Source: Candidatus Micrarchaeota archaeon (GTDB lineage: Archaea; B1Sed10-29; JAJRYS01). From it: a stretch of 35,772 nucleotides of DNA. Below the pieces are notes generated by a model. The model was not told where the DNA came from, did not search any database, and saw only the letters and a program-made list of their open reading frames with translations. Of the stretch, positions 8,644 through 18,989 are shown piece after piece. Both the position numbers and the translations under genes were made by a program. The stretch lies in NCBI GenBank assembly GCA_964496415.1, contig CAZBZN010000005.1, forward strand, positions 1-35,772. The letters run 5' to 3'. Within the stretch, counting starts at the first letter, position 1; each line of letters starts with the position of its first letter.

Positions 8644-9069
8644 ATGCCTAAAAAAAGCGAGGAAACAAAAAAAGCAAAAGCAATAATAAAGGAAAAAGAA
8701 AAAGAAGTGAAAAAAATTGAAAAAACAGAAGAAAAAACGGTTGAAGAGAAAAAAGAAGTGAAGGAAACAGAAGAAAAGAAAACTGAAGAGAAAAAGATAG
8801 AAAAACCGAAAAAGAAAGAAAAAACAGAAGAAAAGATAATGACTTTCTCATTAAAAGATGCTTGGAAATCACCAAGAACAAGAAGAACAAGAACAGCAGT
8901 AAAAGTATTAAGAGACCAAATAAAAAGACATGTTAAAAAGCAAGAGGTAAAAATAGACAAAACATTAAACGAAGTGCTTTGGAGCAGGGGAATTCAAAAA
9001 CCACCAAGAAAAATAAAAGTAAAACTTGTCATCAGCGAAACAAAAGTTACTGCTTACCCAGTGAAATAA
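8644..9069 (+). CDS. rpl31e: 50S ribosomal protein L31e with Lys/Glu-rich N-terminal extension
   Basis: PRTRRT..AV..LR, LNEVLWSRGIQKPPRKIKV. Confidence 0.92.
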   Translation: MPKKSEETKKAKAIIKEKEKEVKKIEKTEEKTVEEKKEVKETEEKKTEEKKIEKPKKKEKTEEKIMTFSLKDAWKSPRTRRTRTAVKVLRDQIKRHVKKQEVKIDKTLNEVLWSRGIQKPPRKIKVKLVISETKVTAYPVK

Positions 9070-9070
9070 A

Positions 9071-9706
9071 ATGATAACAAAAATAAACTACATGAGTTCT
9101 CCTTACTTAGGAATCTTCTGCAGCGTTAATGAAGAATATGCTTTAATCCCAACAAATTCTCCTACAGAATTCAAAGAAGTGATTAAAAAGGAACTAGATG
9201 TAGACCCAGTAGAAACAACGATGGCTGGAACAAACCTGATAGGAGTCTTTTCTGCAATGAATTCAGAAAAGATAATAGTCCCAGACATTCTTGAAAAAGA
9301 AGAAATGAATGTTTTAAAAGAAATCTTTTCAGAAGTTATAGTTCTTGAAGAAAAATTCACTGCCCTTGGAAACATGATAACCATGAACGACCATGGGATA
9401 GTGTGCTCTGAACCATTAAAAGAAATATTAAAAGAAGCTGAAATAACAAAAGTAGCTGGCTCAGATTTCGTTGGCTCCTGCGTGTTCTCAACAAACACTG
9501 GGTTCATGACTCATCCTGATGCCTTAGAAAAAGAAATAAAAGTAATAGAAAAAGCATTAAAAGTAAAAGGTGGTATAGGAACAGTAAACTTCGGAGACCC
9601 TTATGTGAAAACAGGAATGATTGGAAACAGTAAAGGCATACTTGTTGGAAAAAGAACAAGTGGTCCTGAATTAAAAAGAATTGATGAAATCTTCATATTG
9701 AGGTGA
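9071..9706 (+). CDS. eif6: Translation initiation factor 6
   Basis: GTVNFGDPYV..G...N..G.LVG..TSGPEL.RI. Confidence 0.95.
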   Translation: MITKINYMSSPYLGIFCSVNEEYALIPTNSPTEFKEVIKKELDVDPVETTMAGTNLIGVFSAMNSEKIIVPDILEKEEMNVLKEIFSEVIVLEEKFTALGNMITMNDHGIVCSEPLKEILKEAEITKVAGSDFVGSCVFSTNTGFMTHPDALEKEIKVIEKALKVKGGIGTVNFGDPYVKTGMIGNSKGILVGKRTSGPELKRIDEIFILR

Positions 9707-9710
9707 GCTG

Positions 9711-10133
9711 ATGAATGAAAAAGAAATCCAAGAAACAGTATTAAGGGCAAGACAAATAGAAGAACAACTTAACGCATTAACACAGGAAATGAACTTGTTG
9801 AATAATTCACTAACAGAAACCCTGCTGACCAAAAGAGCGTTAGAAGAAATAAAAAAAGTTGCTGCTGGAAAAGAAACATTAATTCCAATAGGAAGCGGAG
9901 TACTGATAAAAGCAAAAAGTGAAAAAAATGATAAAGTAATAATGGGTGCTGGTGAAGGGGTTTATTTAGAAAAACCAGTAGAAGAAGTGATAAAAGACCT
10001 TGAAAAAAGAGAAACCACTATAAAACACAACATTCAAGAATTTTCAAAAGCAGTTGATGCTCTTAGAAAAGAATACACGCAACTTGTCTTAAAAATAGAA
10101 GAATATAGGAAAAAACTTAACAAAGTGAGTTGA
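9711..10133 (+). CDS. pfdA: Prefoldin subunit alpha
   Basis: Coiled coils flanking ETLIPIGSG and GAGEGVYLEK hairpins. Confidence 0.92.
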   Translation: MNEKEIQETVLRARQIEEQLNALTQEMNLLNNSLTETLLTKRALEEIKKVAAGKETLIPIGSGVLIKAKSEKNDKVIMGAGEGVYLEKPVEEVIKDLEKRETTIKHNIQEFSKAVDALRKEYTQLVLKIEEYRKKLNKVS

Positions 10134-11203
10134 TGTTTGAAGGATTAAAAAACAAATTAAAGAGTTTCATAAAAAAGGAAAAAAAAGAAGTAGAAAAACT
10201 TTCCGAACTTGAAGGAAAAACAGAAGAGACAAAAATAAAAGTAAAAGAAGTAGAAAAGACCGAAAAAGCAAAACAAGAAAAAGAAACAGCAAAAGAAAAA
10301 AAACCTGTTCATGAAAAAGAAGCAAAGCTAACAATAAAAACAAAACTAAAAAAAGCAATAACTGGAAAAATAAAACTTACTGAAAAAGACCTTGAACCAA
10401 TCTTATGGGACTTCCAACTTGAACTGCTTGAAGCAGATGTTTCAATTAACACAGCTGAAAAACTTTGTTCAAAAATAAAAGAAGAATTAATAGATAAAGA
10501 AATTCCAAAAGATGAATTTGAAGAAAAAATAAAACAAAGTCTGAAGAAAGCAGTTGAGGAAGCAATAATAGAACCTGACTTTGACATTTTGGAAGAAGCA
10601 AAAAAGAAAAAGCCTTTTGTAATTCTTCTTCTTGGGCCAAACGGTCATGGGAAAACAACCACAATAGGAAAATTAGCCGCATATTTTCTTAAAAATGGGC
10701 TAACATGCGTTATAGCAGCTTCAGATACTTTTAGGGCAGCTGCAATAGAACAACTAGAAAAAATAGCTTCAAAAGCAGGCGTGAAAGTAATAAAACACAA
10801 CTATGGAGCAGACCCTGCAGCAGTAGCATTTGACGCAGTAAAACACGCAAAAAGCAAAGGAATTAACGTGGTCTTAATAGATACTGCTGGTAGGAGTGAG
10901 CTAAACAAAAACCTGATGGAACAAATGAAAAAAATAGCAAGAGTAGTCAGCCCTGACCTAGTAGTGTATATAGGGGAAGCAGTAGCAGGAAACGCAGCAG
11001 TAGAAGAAGCTAAAAAATTCAACGAAGCAGTAAACATTGATGGCGTGATAATGACAAAAGCAGACTGCGATGCCAAAGGAGGAAGCATCCTCTCCATATC
11101 AAACGAACTAAAAAAGCCAATACTCTTCATTGGAACAGGGCAAGAACTAAAAGACCTACTGCCCTTTAAAAAGGAATGGTTAATTAATAAGTTATTTGAT
11201 TAA
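10133..11203 (+). CDS. ftsY: SRP receptor FtsY
   Basis: GPNGHGKTTT, DTFRAAAIEQL, DTAGR, TKADCDAKGG. Confidence 0.96.
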   Translation: MFEGLKNKLKSFIKKEKKEVEKLSELEGKTEETKIKVKEVEKTEKAKQEKETAKEKKPVHEKEAKLTIKTKLKKAITGKIKLTEKDLEPILWDFQLELLEADVSINTAEKLCSKIKEELIDKEIPKDEFEEKIKQSLKKAVEEAIIEPDFDILEEAKKKKPFVILLLGPNGHGKTTTIGKLAAYFLKNGLTCVIAASDTFRAAAIEQLEKIASKAGVKVIKHNYGADPAAVAFDAVKHAKSKGINVVLIDTAGRSELNKNLMEQMKKIARVVSPDLVVYIGEAVAGNAAVEEAKKFNEAVNIDGVIMTKADCDAKGGSILSISNELKKPILFIGTGQELKDLLPFKKEWLINKLFD

Positions 11204-11211
11204 ATAAAAGC

Positions 11212-12519
11212 ATGCTGAAAAAAGTAAAAGAAGTATTCTCAAGAATAACCAAAGCAAGCATAGTAGATGAAAAACTAATCGAGGAAGTGATAAGGGAAAT
11301 TCAAAGAATTCTGATAACTTCTGATGTGAATATAAGATTAGTTCAAGAGCTTTCAAAAAAAATAAGAGAAAGAGCGTTAAAAGAGGAACTTCCTCCAGGG
11401 CTTTCAAGAAAAGAGCACTTAATAAGAATACTTTACGATGAGTTAGTAGAGATTCTTGGAGGAGAAAGATACAACCCAAAACTTGAGCCTCATAAGATTC
11501 TCCTTGTTGGTCTTTATGGTTCTGGAAAAACAACCACTGCAGCAAAATTAGCAAAGTTTTATTCTAAAAGAGGGCTGAAGACCTGCATTTTAACTACTGA
11601 CACTTGGAGGCCTGCTGCTTATGAACAGTTAAAGCAGCTTGGAGAGGAAATAAAAATACCTGTTTTTGGGGCTCCTGAAGAAAAAAATGCTTTGGATATA
11701 ATAAAGAAAATACAACCAGAGCTCAAAAAATATGAAGTGGTAATAATAGACTCTGCTGGAAGAGATTCTCTTAATGAAGAATTAATCGAGGAAATAAAAT
11801 CAATAGCAGCAGAATTAAAGCCTGAAGAAATATTTTTAGTCATTTCAGCTGACATTGGGCAAACAGCGTTAAAACAAGCTGAAAAATTCAAGGAAAGCAT
11901 TGGATTGACAGGAGTAATAGTAACAAAGGCAGATGCAAGTGGAAAAGCAGGAGGCGCTTTGACAGCATGCCATGTTGCTGGAGTGCCTGTTGCTTTCATA
12001 GGTACTGGAGAAAAGCTTGACGAGTTTGAGGTTTTTAATGCTGAAAAGTTTGTTGCAAGGATTCTTGGATTCCCTGACTTAGGGGCATTACTTAAAAAAG
12101 CACAAGAAGTGGTTGAAGAAACTGAATTTAATCCTGAAGACCTGCTAAAAGAGAAGTACACTTTGAAAACTTTCTATAAGCAGCTTGAAGCTACTAGGAA
12201 AATGGGTCCTTTGAAGAAAGTGCTTGAAATGCTTGGAGTTCAAAGCATGCCGCAAGACCTGATTGAAACGAGTGAAGAAAAGCTCAAAAAATTCAAGTAC
12301 ATAATGGACTCGATGACAAAAGAAGAACTAGAAAATCCTGAGATAATAAAAGCAAGTAGGATCAAAAGAATAGCAAAAGGAAGCGGGACTACCGAGAGTG
12401 AAGTGAAAGAGTTATTAAAACAATATGAAATGAGTAAAAAAATGCTTAACAAAATAAAGAAAGGAAAAATGAAAAACATGAAAGCTTTAATGAAAAGATT
12501 TCAATTAAGCGGGTTTTAG
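11212..12519 (+). CDS. srp54: Signal recognition particle protein Srp54
   Basis: GLYGSGKTTT, DTWRPAAYEQL, M domain IMDSMT..EL, SRIKRIAKGSG. Confidence 0.97.
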   Translation: MLKKVKEVFSRITKASIVDEKLIEEVIREIQRILITSDVNIRLVQELSKKIRERALKEELPPGLSRKEHLIRILYDELVEILGGERYNPKLEPHKILLVGLYGSGKTTTAAKLAKFYSKRGLKTCILTTDTWRPAAYEQLKQLGEEIKIPVFGAPEEKNALDIIKKIQPELKKYEVVIIDSAGRDSLNEELIEEIKSIAAELKPEEIFLVISADIGQTALKQAEKFKESIGLTGVIVTKADASGKAGGALTACHVAGVPVAFIGTGEKLDEFEVFNAEKFVARILGFPDLGALLKKAQEVVEETEFNPEDLLKEKYTLKTFYKQLEATRKMGPLKKVLEMLGVQSMPQDLIETSEEKLKKFKYIMDSMTKEELENPEIIKASRIKRIAKGSGTTESEVKELLKQYEMSKKMLNKIKKGKMKNMKALMKRFQLSGF

Positions 12520-12527
12520 GTGGGAAA

Positions 12528-13058
12528 ATGAGGTTTTTCTTAGTAAAACTAAACCATGAGCTTGAAGACTTTAACCTTAACAATCTTACCTCTCAAAGAA
12601 TAGACTTAGTTGCAAGATGCATTAATGCAGCACTATGGCTTGATAAGAACATAAGAAGAGACGTAAAAATCATCTTTCATTTTAAAAATAATAAAGTGAT
12701 AGAAGTTGATGGAAAAATAAAAGGAATGCGTCCTGATGAAAGAAGTATTGCTGGGTTCATTAAACACTTACTTGAAGGAAAAAAATATCCTGGAATAAAA
12801 CTCTACGAAAGCTCGTTCGAAGAGCTTGTTGAAAACCAAGAACATAAAAAAGTATTCTTATTAGATTTAAAAGGAAAACCAATAGAAGAAGAAAAAGAAT
12901 TAAAAGACTCATTATTTATCTTAGGAGATGATAAAGGAATAAACTTAAACTTTGGCGCTGAAAAGTTAAGTCTTGGGCCAAAAAGTTATCTTACTTCCCA
13001 CTGCATTGTGGTCATAAATAATTACCTTGACAAGTTAGAGGTTGGCAAAAATGCTTGA
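12528..13058 (+). CDS. trmY: tRNA (pseudouridine54-N1)-methyltransferase TrmY
   Basis: RIDLVARCINAAL, RPDERS, FILGD, LSLGP SPOUT knot. Confidence 0.9.
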   Translation: MRFFLVKLNHELEDFNLNNLTSQRIDLVARCINAALWLDKNIRRDVKIIFHFKNNKVIEVDGKIKGMRPDERSIAGFIKHLLEGKKYPGIKLYESSFEELVENQEHKKVFLLDLKGKPIEEEKELKDSLFILGDDKGINLNFGAEKLSLGPKSYLTSHCIVVINNYLDKLEVGKNA

Positions 13059-14283
13059 AGAATTAAAAAAAGAAATAAACATTGATGAAATTTGTGATCA
13101 TTGTCTTGGAAGATTGTTTTACTTAAAATTTAAAGGGTATCCTATTGAAAAAATAGGAGCATGCCTGCGAATAGCGAAAAATGAAAAAGAATTAGAAAAA
13201 CTGTTAAAAGAAGAGAAAGTAAAACCTAATGATGAAATAAACTGCATGATTTGTAAGAATATCTTCAATGAAAACAAAAAGTATGAAAAAGAATTGCTTG
13301 AAAAAGCAGCTGAACAAGAATTTAACACTTTCCTGATAGGATGCCATGTTCCTGAAGAAATTTTAAGTGCTGAGGAAAAACTCTGGGAAAAAACAGGAAT
13401 AGAATACTGCATTCCAATAAAAAAAGAAATAGACATGCGCTTCGGAAAATTTCTTGCTAAAAAACTTGGGAAAAAAGTAAGCATAGAAAATCCCGATGTC
13501 TTGTTTATAATAGATTACACGAAAGGGAAAATAAGCAAAAAGATAAATCCGTTGTTCATAAAAGGAAGATACAGGAAACTGGTAAGAGGAATACCTCAAA
13601 CTAAATGGCCATGCAGAAACTGTCATGGCAAAGGCTGTGAAAAATGCAATTTTACAGGAAAACAATATCAAGAGTCAGTGGAAGAACTAATAGCTGCTAA
13701 GTTAATTGAAATGACCAAAGCAATTGGTTCAAAATTTCATGGTGAAGGAAGGGAAGACATAGACGCTTTAATGCTTGGCAGTGGAAGACCATTCATAATT
13801 GAATTAATAGAACCAAAAATCAGAAACATTGACCTGAAGAAAGCTGAAGAAAAAATAAACTCTTATGCTAAAGGAAAAATTGAAGTAAGCGACCTTGAAT
13901 TTTCTAATAAGAAAGAAGTAAGAATACTGAAAAGCACTGACAGAACAAAGACTTACGAATGCATTATAGAATGCGATGAAAAAGTTACAGAGGAAAAACT
14001 TAGAACTCTTGAAAAACAGTTTGACAATAAAATTATTAGTCAAAGAACCCCTAAAAGAGTAGCTCACCGCAGGGCGGATAAAATAAGAAAAAAGAAAATA
14101 TTCTCTGTAAAAACCGAAAAACTTACAGACAACAAATTCAAAGCAATAATAAAAACACAATCAGGAACTTATGTAAAAGAACTAATCTCAGGGGATGATG
14201 GAAGAACAAAACCAAGCTTTTCAGACTTTATTAAAAACTGTAAGTGCGTTGAACTTAACGTAATCAAAGTAGGTGACGAATAA
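13051..14283 (+). CDS. pus10: tRNA pseudouridine(54/55) synthase Pus10
   Basis: CDHCLGR, GRYRKLVRGIPQT, FHGEGREDID, GTYVKELISGD. Confidence 0.95.
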   Translation: MLEELKKEINIDEICDHCLGRLFYLKFKGYPIEKIGACLRIAKNEKELEKLLKEEKVKPNDEINCMICKNIFNENKKYEKELLEKAAEQEFNTFLIGCHVPEEILSAEEKLWEKTGIEYCIPIKKEIDMRFGKFLAKKLGKKVSIENPDVLFIIDYTKGKISKKINPLFIKGRYRKLVRGIPQTKWPCRNCHGKGCEKCNFTGKQYQESVEELIAAKLIEMTKAIGSKFHGEGREDIDALMLGSGRPFIIELIEPKIRNIDLKKAEEKINSYAKGKIEVSDLEFSNKKEVRILKSTDRTKTYECIIECDEKVTEEKLRTLEKQFDNKIISQRTPKRVAHRRADKIRKKKIFSVKTEKLTDNKFKAIIKTQSGTYVKELISGDDGRTKPSFSDFIKNCKCVELNVIKVGDE

Positions 14284-15137
14284 TGCTTGAAATAATAAGA
14301 CTAATAATTGCTCTTCTATTCACAGGAGTTTGCGCATATACTGATTATAAGACAAGGTATATCCCTGAAAAAGCTGCTTGGGTGCTTTTAATCCTCTCAA
14401 TCCTCTTAGCATTACTGCTAAAAGAATTCCAAAACCTTTTGATAGCTAGTGTCATTTTTTCAATAGGTTTCTTAGCTTACCTCACTGGAAGAATTGGTGC
14501 TGGAGACGTGTTCGTAATAACAATAATAACCCTACTTGTTCCAAAAACCCCTTCAAGTATTCCCAGTTATTTTGGAATAAAAACAATCCCAACTCCTTTT
14601 CCTTTTATATTTTCAACTTTCATACTAGCAGCATTAATAGGCCCAATGCTTATCCAGCCAATAAAAATGTTCATACGCCTTAACAAGAACAAACACAAGA
14701 TAAAAAAATACAAAGAAAAACTAATAACAGGACTGCTTACAGCAGCATTATTTGGATTCACTTTAATAGTAATAAGCCAGTTCAACAAGTTATTCCTCTT
14801 GCTAACACCATCAATCACAATCTCAACATTAATTTTACCATTCAAAGAAGACCTTCTAAAACAATTTGCTATCAAAAAGAAGATCTCAGAACTTGACGAA
14901 GATGACGTAATAGCAACTGAATTCATAAAGTCAGAGGTCTTGAAAAAACTTGGAATAAAAAGAAAAACATTACTAAAAAGAGAATTAAAAAAAGTGAAAC
15001 AAAAAGCTAAAAAGCAAAGAATAAAAACTATCTTAGTTTATGACAATCTCCCGCCTTTTCTCCCTTACTTGCTCTTAGCAATGATAATAAACTTAATAAC
15101 AGGAGACTTCTTTACGTATTTTTTACTTAACTCTTGA
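14283..15137 (+). CDS. A24 prepilin/preflagellin peptidase
   Basis: YTD aspartate, GAGD motif, C-terminal PFLPYL, multiple TM helices. Confidence 0.85.
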   Translation: MLEIIRLIIALLFTGVCAYTDYKTRYIPEKAAWVLLILSILLALLLKEFQNLLIASVIFSIGFLAYLTGRIGAGDVFVITIITLLVPKTPSSIPSYFGIKTIPTPFPFIFSTFILAALIGPMLIQPIKMFIRLNKNKHKIKKYKEKLITGLLTAALFGFTLIVISQFNKLFLLLTPSITISTLILPFKEDLLKQFAIKKKISELDEDDVIATEFIKSEVLKKLGIKRKTLLKRELKKVKQKAKKQRIKTILVYDNLPPFLPYLLLAMIINLITGDFFTYFLLNS

Positions 15138-16124
15138 AATCACTTTTCCTTTAACTACTTCAAACTCTACATTATCAAAAAATTTTTGAGAAATAATCAT
15201 GTTTGTATGACAATGGTTTGAAACTTTGCTCGTGGCAAAAGAACAACTTTCTTTAGTAGCTGAAGTTATCATTGCCATATATGGGATCAAATTATCTGCT
15301 AAGTGGCTGTCAACAACAGCCTGTGATTCTTCTAAAAACTTAACAGCAGCTTCTCTTCCAACTTCTTCAGCAGGCTTGCCTTTTTCACCTAAAGCATCAG
15401 CGCCAACAAAACCCTGCCACAAAGTACAAGAAGAACCCTTGTTTCCATCGCCAACAAAATACCTTATATTAAGCTCGTAACCACTTTCTCTTAATAACTG
15501 TTCAGCTGCTTTAGCCTGTCTTTCAGCAACTGAATAAGGAAGAGAACAACACACTGAAACTCCTTGAACTTCTCTTGAATCATCCTTTTCTAAAAAATCA
15601 AAAGGAGAGAAAACAGAGCCTTCCAAGTTTACAATAACTTTACCTCCTCCTTCAGGATAATATCCTCTTCTGAGTATTCTTAAGTCAAACCTGAAACCAA
15701 AAGACTCAAAAGCAGGCCTTATCACATTATCAAAATAATCAATAGTAGGACTCCATCTCACCTCAGTCCCACCTAAAAGCGTGAGTCTTAAGTTATGTTC
15801 ATGCAAAGCAAGAAGCAAAGCCTGAAGAATCAAAGTAACACTTCCAGCGGTTCCAACGTTAACTTCATAATCATCAATCCCTGAAAACTTTTCTGGTGAG
15901 AAATAAAGTTCTTTAGAACCAACAAAATTTCCCTTAACTTCAGCATTAAATAACTCTGCCAAAGCATTCACTACTGAAAAATGCTGAGGTCTTAGCCCAG
16001 GTTGCTTTCTCTTAGCCCTAATATTAATTATTTTAACAGGAGTGCCTGTAAAACATGATAATGCAAGCGAAGTTCTAATTATCTGCCCCCCACCTTCTCC
16101 GATACTACCATCAATCACTATCAT
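15123..16124 (-). CDS. rtcA: RNA 3'-terminal phosphate cyclase
   Basis: [30 protein letters not shown] with catalytic His. Confidence 0.95.
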   Translation of the reverse strand: MIVIDGSIGEGGGQIIRTSLALSCFTGTPVKIINIRAKRKQPGLRPQHFSVVNALAELFNAEVKGNFVGSKELYFSPEKFSGIDDYEVNVGTAGSVTLILQALLLALHEHNLRLTLLGGTEVRWSPTIDYFDNVIRPAFESFGFRFDLRILRRGYYPEGGGKVIVNLEGSVFSPFDFLEKDDSREVQGVSVCCSLPYSVAERQAKAAEQLLRESGYELNIRYFVGDGNKGSSCTLWQGFVGADALGEKGKPAEEVGREAAVKFLEESQAVVDSHLADNLIPYMAMITSATKESCSFATSKVSNHCHTNMIISQKFFDNVEFEVVKGKVISRVK

Positions 16125-17338
16125 AAGACACTCACTGACAATGTCACCAATAGCAAAAGCAGAATAGAAGCAGCGGTCAACTCTTTTAAAGAACTCTTAA
16201 CTACTTCTTTGCGTTTGTAGAAGTAAGCAACAATAAGAGTACTTAGAAAACTTCCAACTTGAGCTAGAGCAAGGCTAAAAGCAGCAATCTGCGGGGAAAT
16301 CTGAGAAGCTGACATCAAAGAAACTAAAGAAATGACAACTGCTGAAGTGCTGATTATGCCTCCGAAAAATGAAAGCAGGCCAACAGCTCCTGAAAAGCCC
16401 TTAAACAGATCAAGTAAAGTAAACAAAACCAAAACATATACTCCAAGTTTTATTCCTGAAGAAACATTGAAAGGGGAATCAACCTTAAACCTCTTAACTC
16501 TTACTTTTTCAAGCTTCCTAACCCCTAACAATAAAAGAAAAACTACTGAGACAAAACAAGGAATAAACAAATAAGTTATGGTGGTTGGTTCAAAAACCAT
16601 CATAAGAAAAGCGTTTCTGAACAAAGAAGCAGCATTCGCTATTAAAAAGCCAGCAAGAACCACAGGCATGAAAGTCTTGCTTTTAAGATTCTCAAACAAA
16701 GAAATAACAGTAGCAACAGAAGAGACAACTCCACCGAAAAAACCCACTGCCTCAACTTCATGAGCAGCACTCATAAACCTTGAACTAAGAAAAGCAGCAA
16801 AATTAATCAAAGAAACCAGAACAATCAACATCCAAATCATCATCAGGGGAAAAGTGATACCATAAATAGTTACAGAATCAGGGATAATAGGGTATATTAT
16901 TCCAAGAAGTATTAAAAACTCAAGTAAGTCCCCTACTTCTCTTTCAGTAAGATGTTCAACCAACTTATGAAGCCTTTCTTTTGAAAACAAAACAACTGAA
17001 ACGATTATGCTTAAAGAAATTGATTCAGTAAAATAACCCAAACCAACAAAAGCTCCTAAGAAGTAAGTTATTGCTATGGACATGTGAGTGGTAAATCCCC
17101 TTCCTTTCTTTTGCTTTATACCTGAAAAATAAAGAAGTAAAGAAACAGCAGCTACAAACAAAAAACCAGCAAGAATCAAAGCATCGCTAATCATTGAAGT
17201 TAAAGCCCCGAACAAAGAGATTAAAGAAAAAGTCCTTAAACCAACAACTAATTGCTTCTTTGAATACTCTCTTTCTAATCCAATAAGTGCTCCAACAAAA
17301 ATTGCTAAAAGAACCTTTTCTAAGAAAAGAGGAGTCAT
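16121..17338 (-). CDS. MgtC/SapB family membrane protein with DUF4010-like region
   Basis: GALIGLERE...GLRTF, GG(V/I)(V/I)SS repeats, hydrophobic throughout. Confidence 0.85.
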   Translation of the reverse strand: MTPLFLEKVLLAIFVGALIGLEREYSKKQLVVGLRTFSLISLFGALTSMISDALILAGFLFVAAVSLLLYFSGIKQKKGRGFTTHMSIAITYFLGAFVGLGYFTESISLSIIVSVVLFSKERLHKLVEHLTEREVGDLLEFLILLGIIYPIIPDSVTIYGITFPLMMIWMLIVLVSLINFAAFLSSRFMSAAHEVEAVGFFGGVVSSVATVISLFENLKSKTFMPVVLAGFLIANAASLFRNAFLMMVFEPTTITYLFIPCFVSVVFLLLLGVRKLEKVRVKRFKVDSPFNVSSGIKLGVYVLVLFTLLDLFKGFSGAVGLLSFFGGIISTSAVVISLVSLMSASQISPQIAAFSLALAQVGSFLSTLIVAYFYKRKEVVKSSLKELTAASILLLLLVTLSVSVL

Positions 17339-18099
17339 AAAAGCTTCTCCTTCCCAGCCTTCTTAACTCCTTCAACTATTTCCCTGACTTTAGCTTCAAC
17401 ATCAATTGTATCTTCAATAACCGTGCCAGTTACTATCATATCTGCTCCTGCTTTCACTTTTTCATATGCTGTATTACCATCTCTTATTCCACCGCCAACC
17501 ACCAATGGAATAGTAAGCACTTTCTTTGCAATTGAAATCATCTCATTTGGAACAGGTTCTTTAGCTCCACTGCCTCCTTCAAAATAAACAAACTTCATAC
17601 CCATGTACTCTGCTGCTAAGGCAAAAGCAGAAGCTATCTTTGGCTTGTTTCTTGGAATACTATTAGCATCCCCATAGAACTCAACAGAAGTTTTTCTGCC
17701 TGACTCTATAACAATATACCCCATTGGAATTGGTTCAAGTCCAAGTTTCTTTACAGCTACTGCTCCAAAAGCTTGAGCTTGAGCAAGCCAATACCTTGAC
17801 CTTGAATTAAGAAGAGTCATGAAAAAAATAGCATCAGCATGAGCTGAAATATCATTGATATTTCCTGGGAAAAGAATCACTGGAAGTTTTGAATTTGCTT
17901 TTATTGACTGAATGCAGTCATCAAGCATTGTCCTATCTCCACCTGAACCCCCGACCATTATTGCATCAGAGCCTGCTTTCTCGACTAATGCTGCTATTTC
18001 ACCAGCTTTTTCAGGTGACTGGTTTTCAGGATCAATTAAGGACAAATGCACTGCTCCTTCTTTTTTAATTTTATCAAGCAAGTAATCATAAACCTTCAT
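17335..18099 (-). CDS. Geranylgeranylglyceryl phosphate synthase
   Basis: LIDP, DAIMVGGS, YFEGGSGA, VGGGIR. Confidence 0.95.
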   Translation of the reverse strand: MKVYDYLLDKIKKEGAVHLSLIDPENQSPEKAGEIAALVEKAGSDAIMVGGSGGDRTMLDDCIQSIKANSKLPVILFPGNINDISAHADAIFFMTLLNSRSRYWLAQAQAFGAVAVKKLGLEPIPMGYIVIESGRKTSVEFYGDANSIPRNKPKIASAFALAAEYMGMKFVYFEGGSGAKEPVPNEMISIAKKVLTIPLVVGGGIRDGNTAYEKVKAGADMIVTGTVIEDTIDVEAKVREIVEGVKKAGKEKLL

Positions 18100-18136
18100 T
18101 CTCTTTCCACCTCACTATTGATTACATCATAAAGGT

Positions 18137-18988
18137 TTAAAATAATACTCCTAAAAGAAAACCTAACAAAGCAGTAAATTGCCCGAGCATTGTAATTCTT
18201 CTAACAGATTCAAGATTTGATAACCTTACAGCTTTAACCACAGCGTAAACCCAAAGCAAGTCAGTAATGACTATGAAAGAAAGATAAACATAATCCATTA
18301 AGAATTCTTTAATCGCAAAAAATGGATAAAATGATAAAATAACTGCTGATAAAACAAAAGGAACAGCAAGACAAACAGCCTTTGTCTTTCCAAAGACTAT
18401 TGCAAAAGTCTTTCTTCCAGTAAGTTTATCTCCTTCGTAATCCTGAACTCCTTTTATTAGTTCTCTTCCAGTTCCTGCCAGAAAAGCCATCGCAGACAGA
18501 ACTATCACAGAAGAAGGTATTTTTCCATGAACAATACCTCCAAAAATGAAAGGAACAGCCATAGAAGCTGCTGTAAAAAAATTACCTAACAAAGGAGTAT
18601 TCTTAAAATAAAAGCCATAAGAAAAACCAATTAACGCAAAAACAGATGCTATTAAAAAAGCAGGAAAGTTAATTGAATAAGCAAGGGTTAAACCAACTGC
18701 AAAAAACAACAATGAAAGCAACACTGCTGTTTTTTCATTTACTGTTCCTCTTGCAAGAGGCCTGTCATATCTTTTATTGAGCATGTCTGTTTTTCTATCA
18801 AAATAATCACCTATCATAAAAGAAGCTGCTTGAATAAACAATCCAGTCAAGCCAGCTTTTAAAAACAAGTAAAAAGGCGGGAAAGACTTTAACGTGATTA
18901 TCTCGCCAACTAAAATTGCTATTACCACTAATATGCCATGATCAAATCTTGCAAGATCATAAAAATCCTTAAAATTCATGGCAACCAC
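18137..18988 (-). CDS. UbiA-family prenyltransferase, probable DGGGP synthase
   Basis: DYFDRKTD..N..RPLARG, RELIKGVQDYEGD; adjacent to GGGP synthase. Confidence 0.88.
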   Translation of the reverse strand: MVAMNFKDFYDLARFDHGILVVIAILVGEIITLKSFPPFYLFLKAGLTGLFIQAASFMIGDYFDRKTDMLNKRYDRPLARGTVNEKTAVLLSLLFFAVGLTLAYSINFPAFLIASVFALIGFSYGFYFKNTPLLGNFFTAASMAVPFIFGGIVHGKIPSSVIVLSAMAFLAGTGRELIKGVQDYEGDKLTGRKTFAIVFGKTKAVCLAVPFVLSAVILSFYPFFAIKEFLMDYVYLSFIVITDLLWVYAVVKAVRLSNLESVRRITMLGQFTALLGFLLGVLF

Positions 18989-18989
18989 A

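Noticed and set aside
8690-8840. GAA/AAA-rich quasi-repeats as a possible CRISPR or tandem array
   Set aside because: Low-complexity Lys/Glu codons within rpl31e; no constant repeat with unique spacers, and no cas genes.
5568-12479. Many Phe/Leu/Ser-rich antisense ORFs (e.g. 5764-6450, 11619-12161)
   Set aside because: Expected shadows of purine-rich coding strands opposite well-identified genes.
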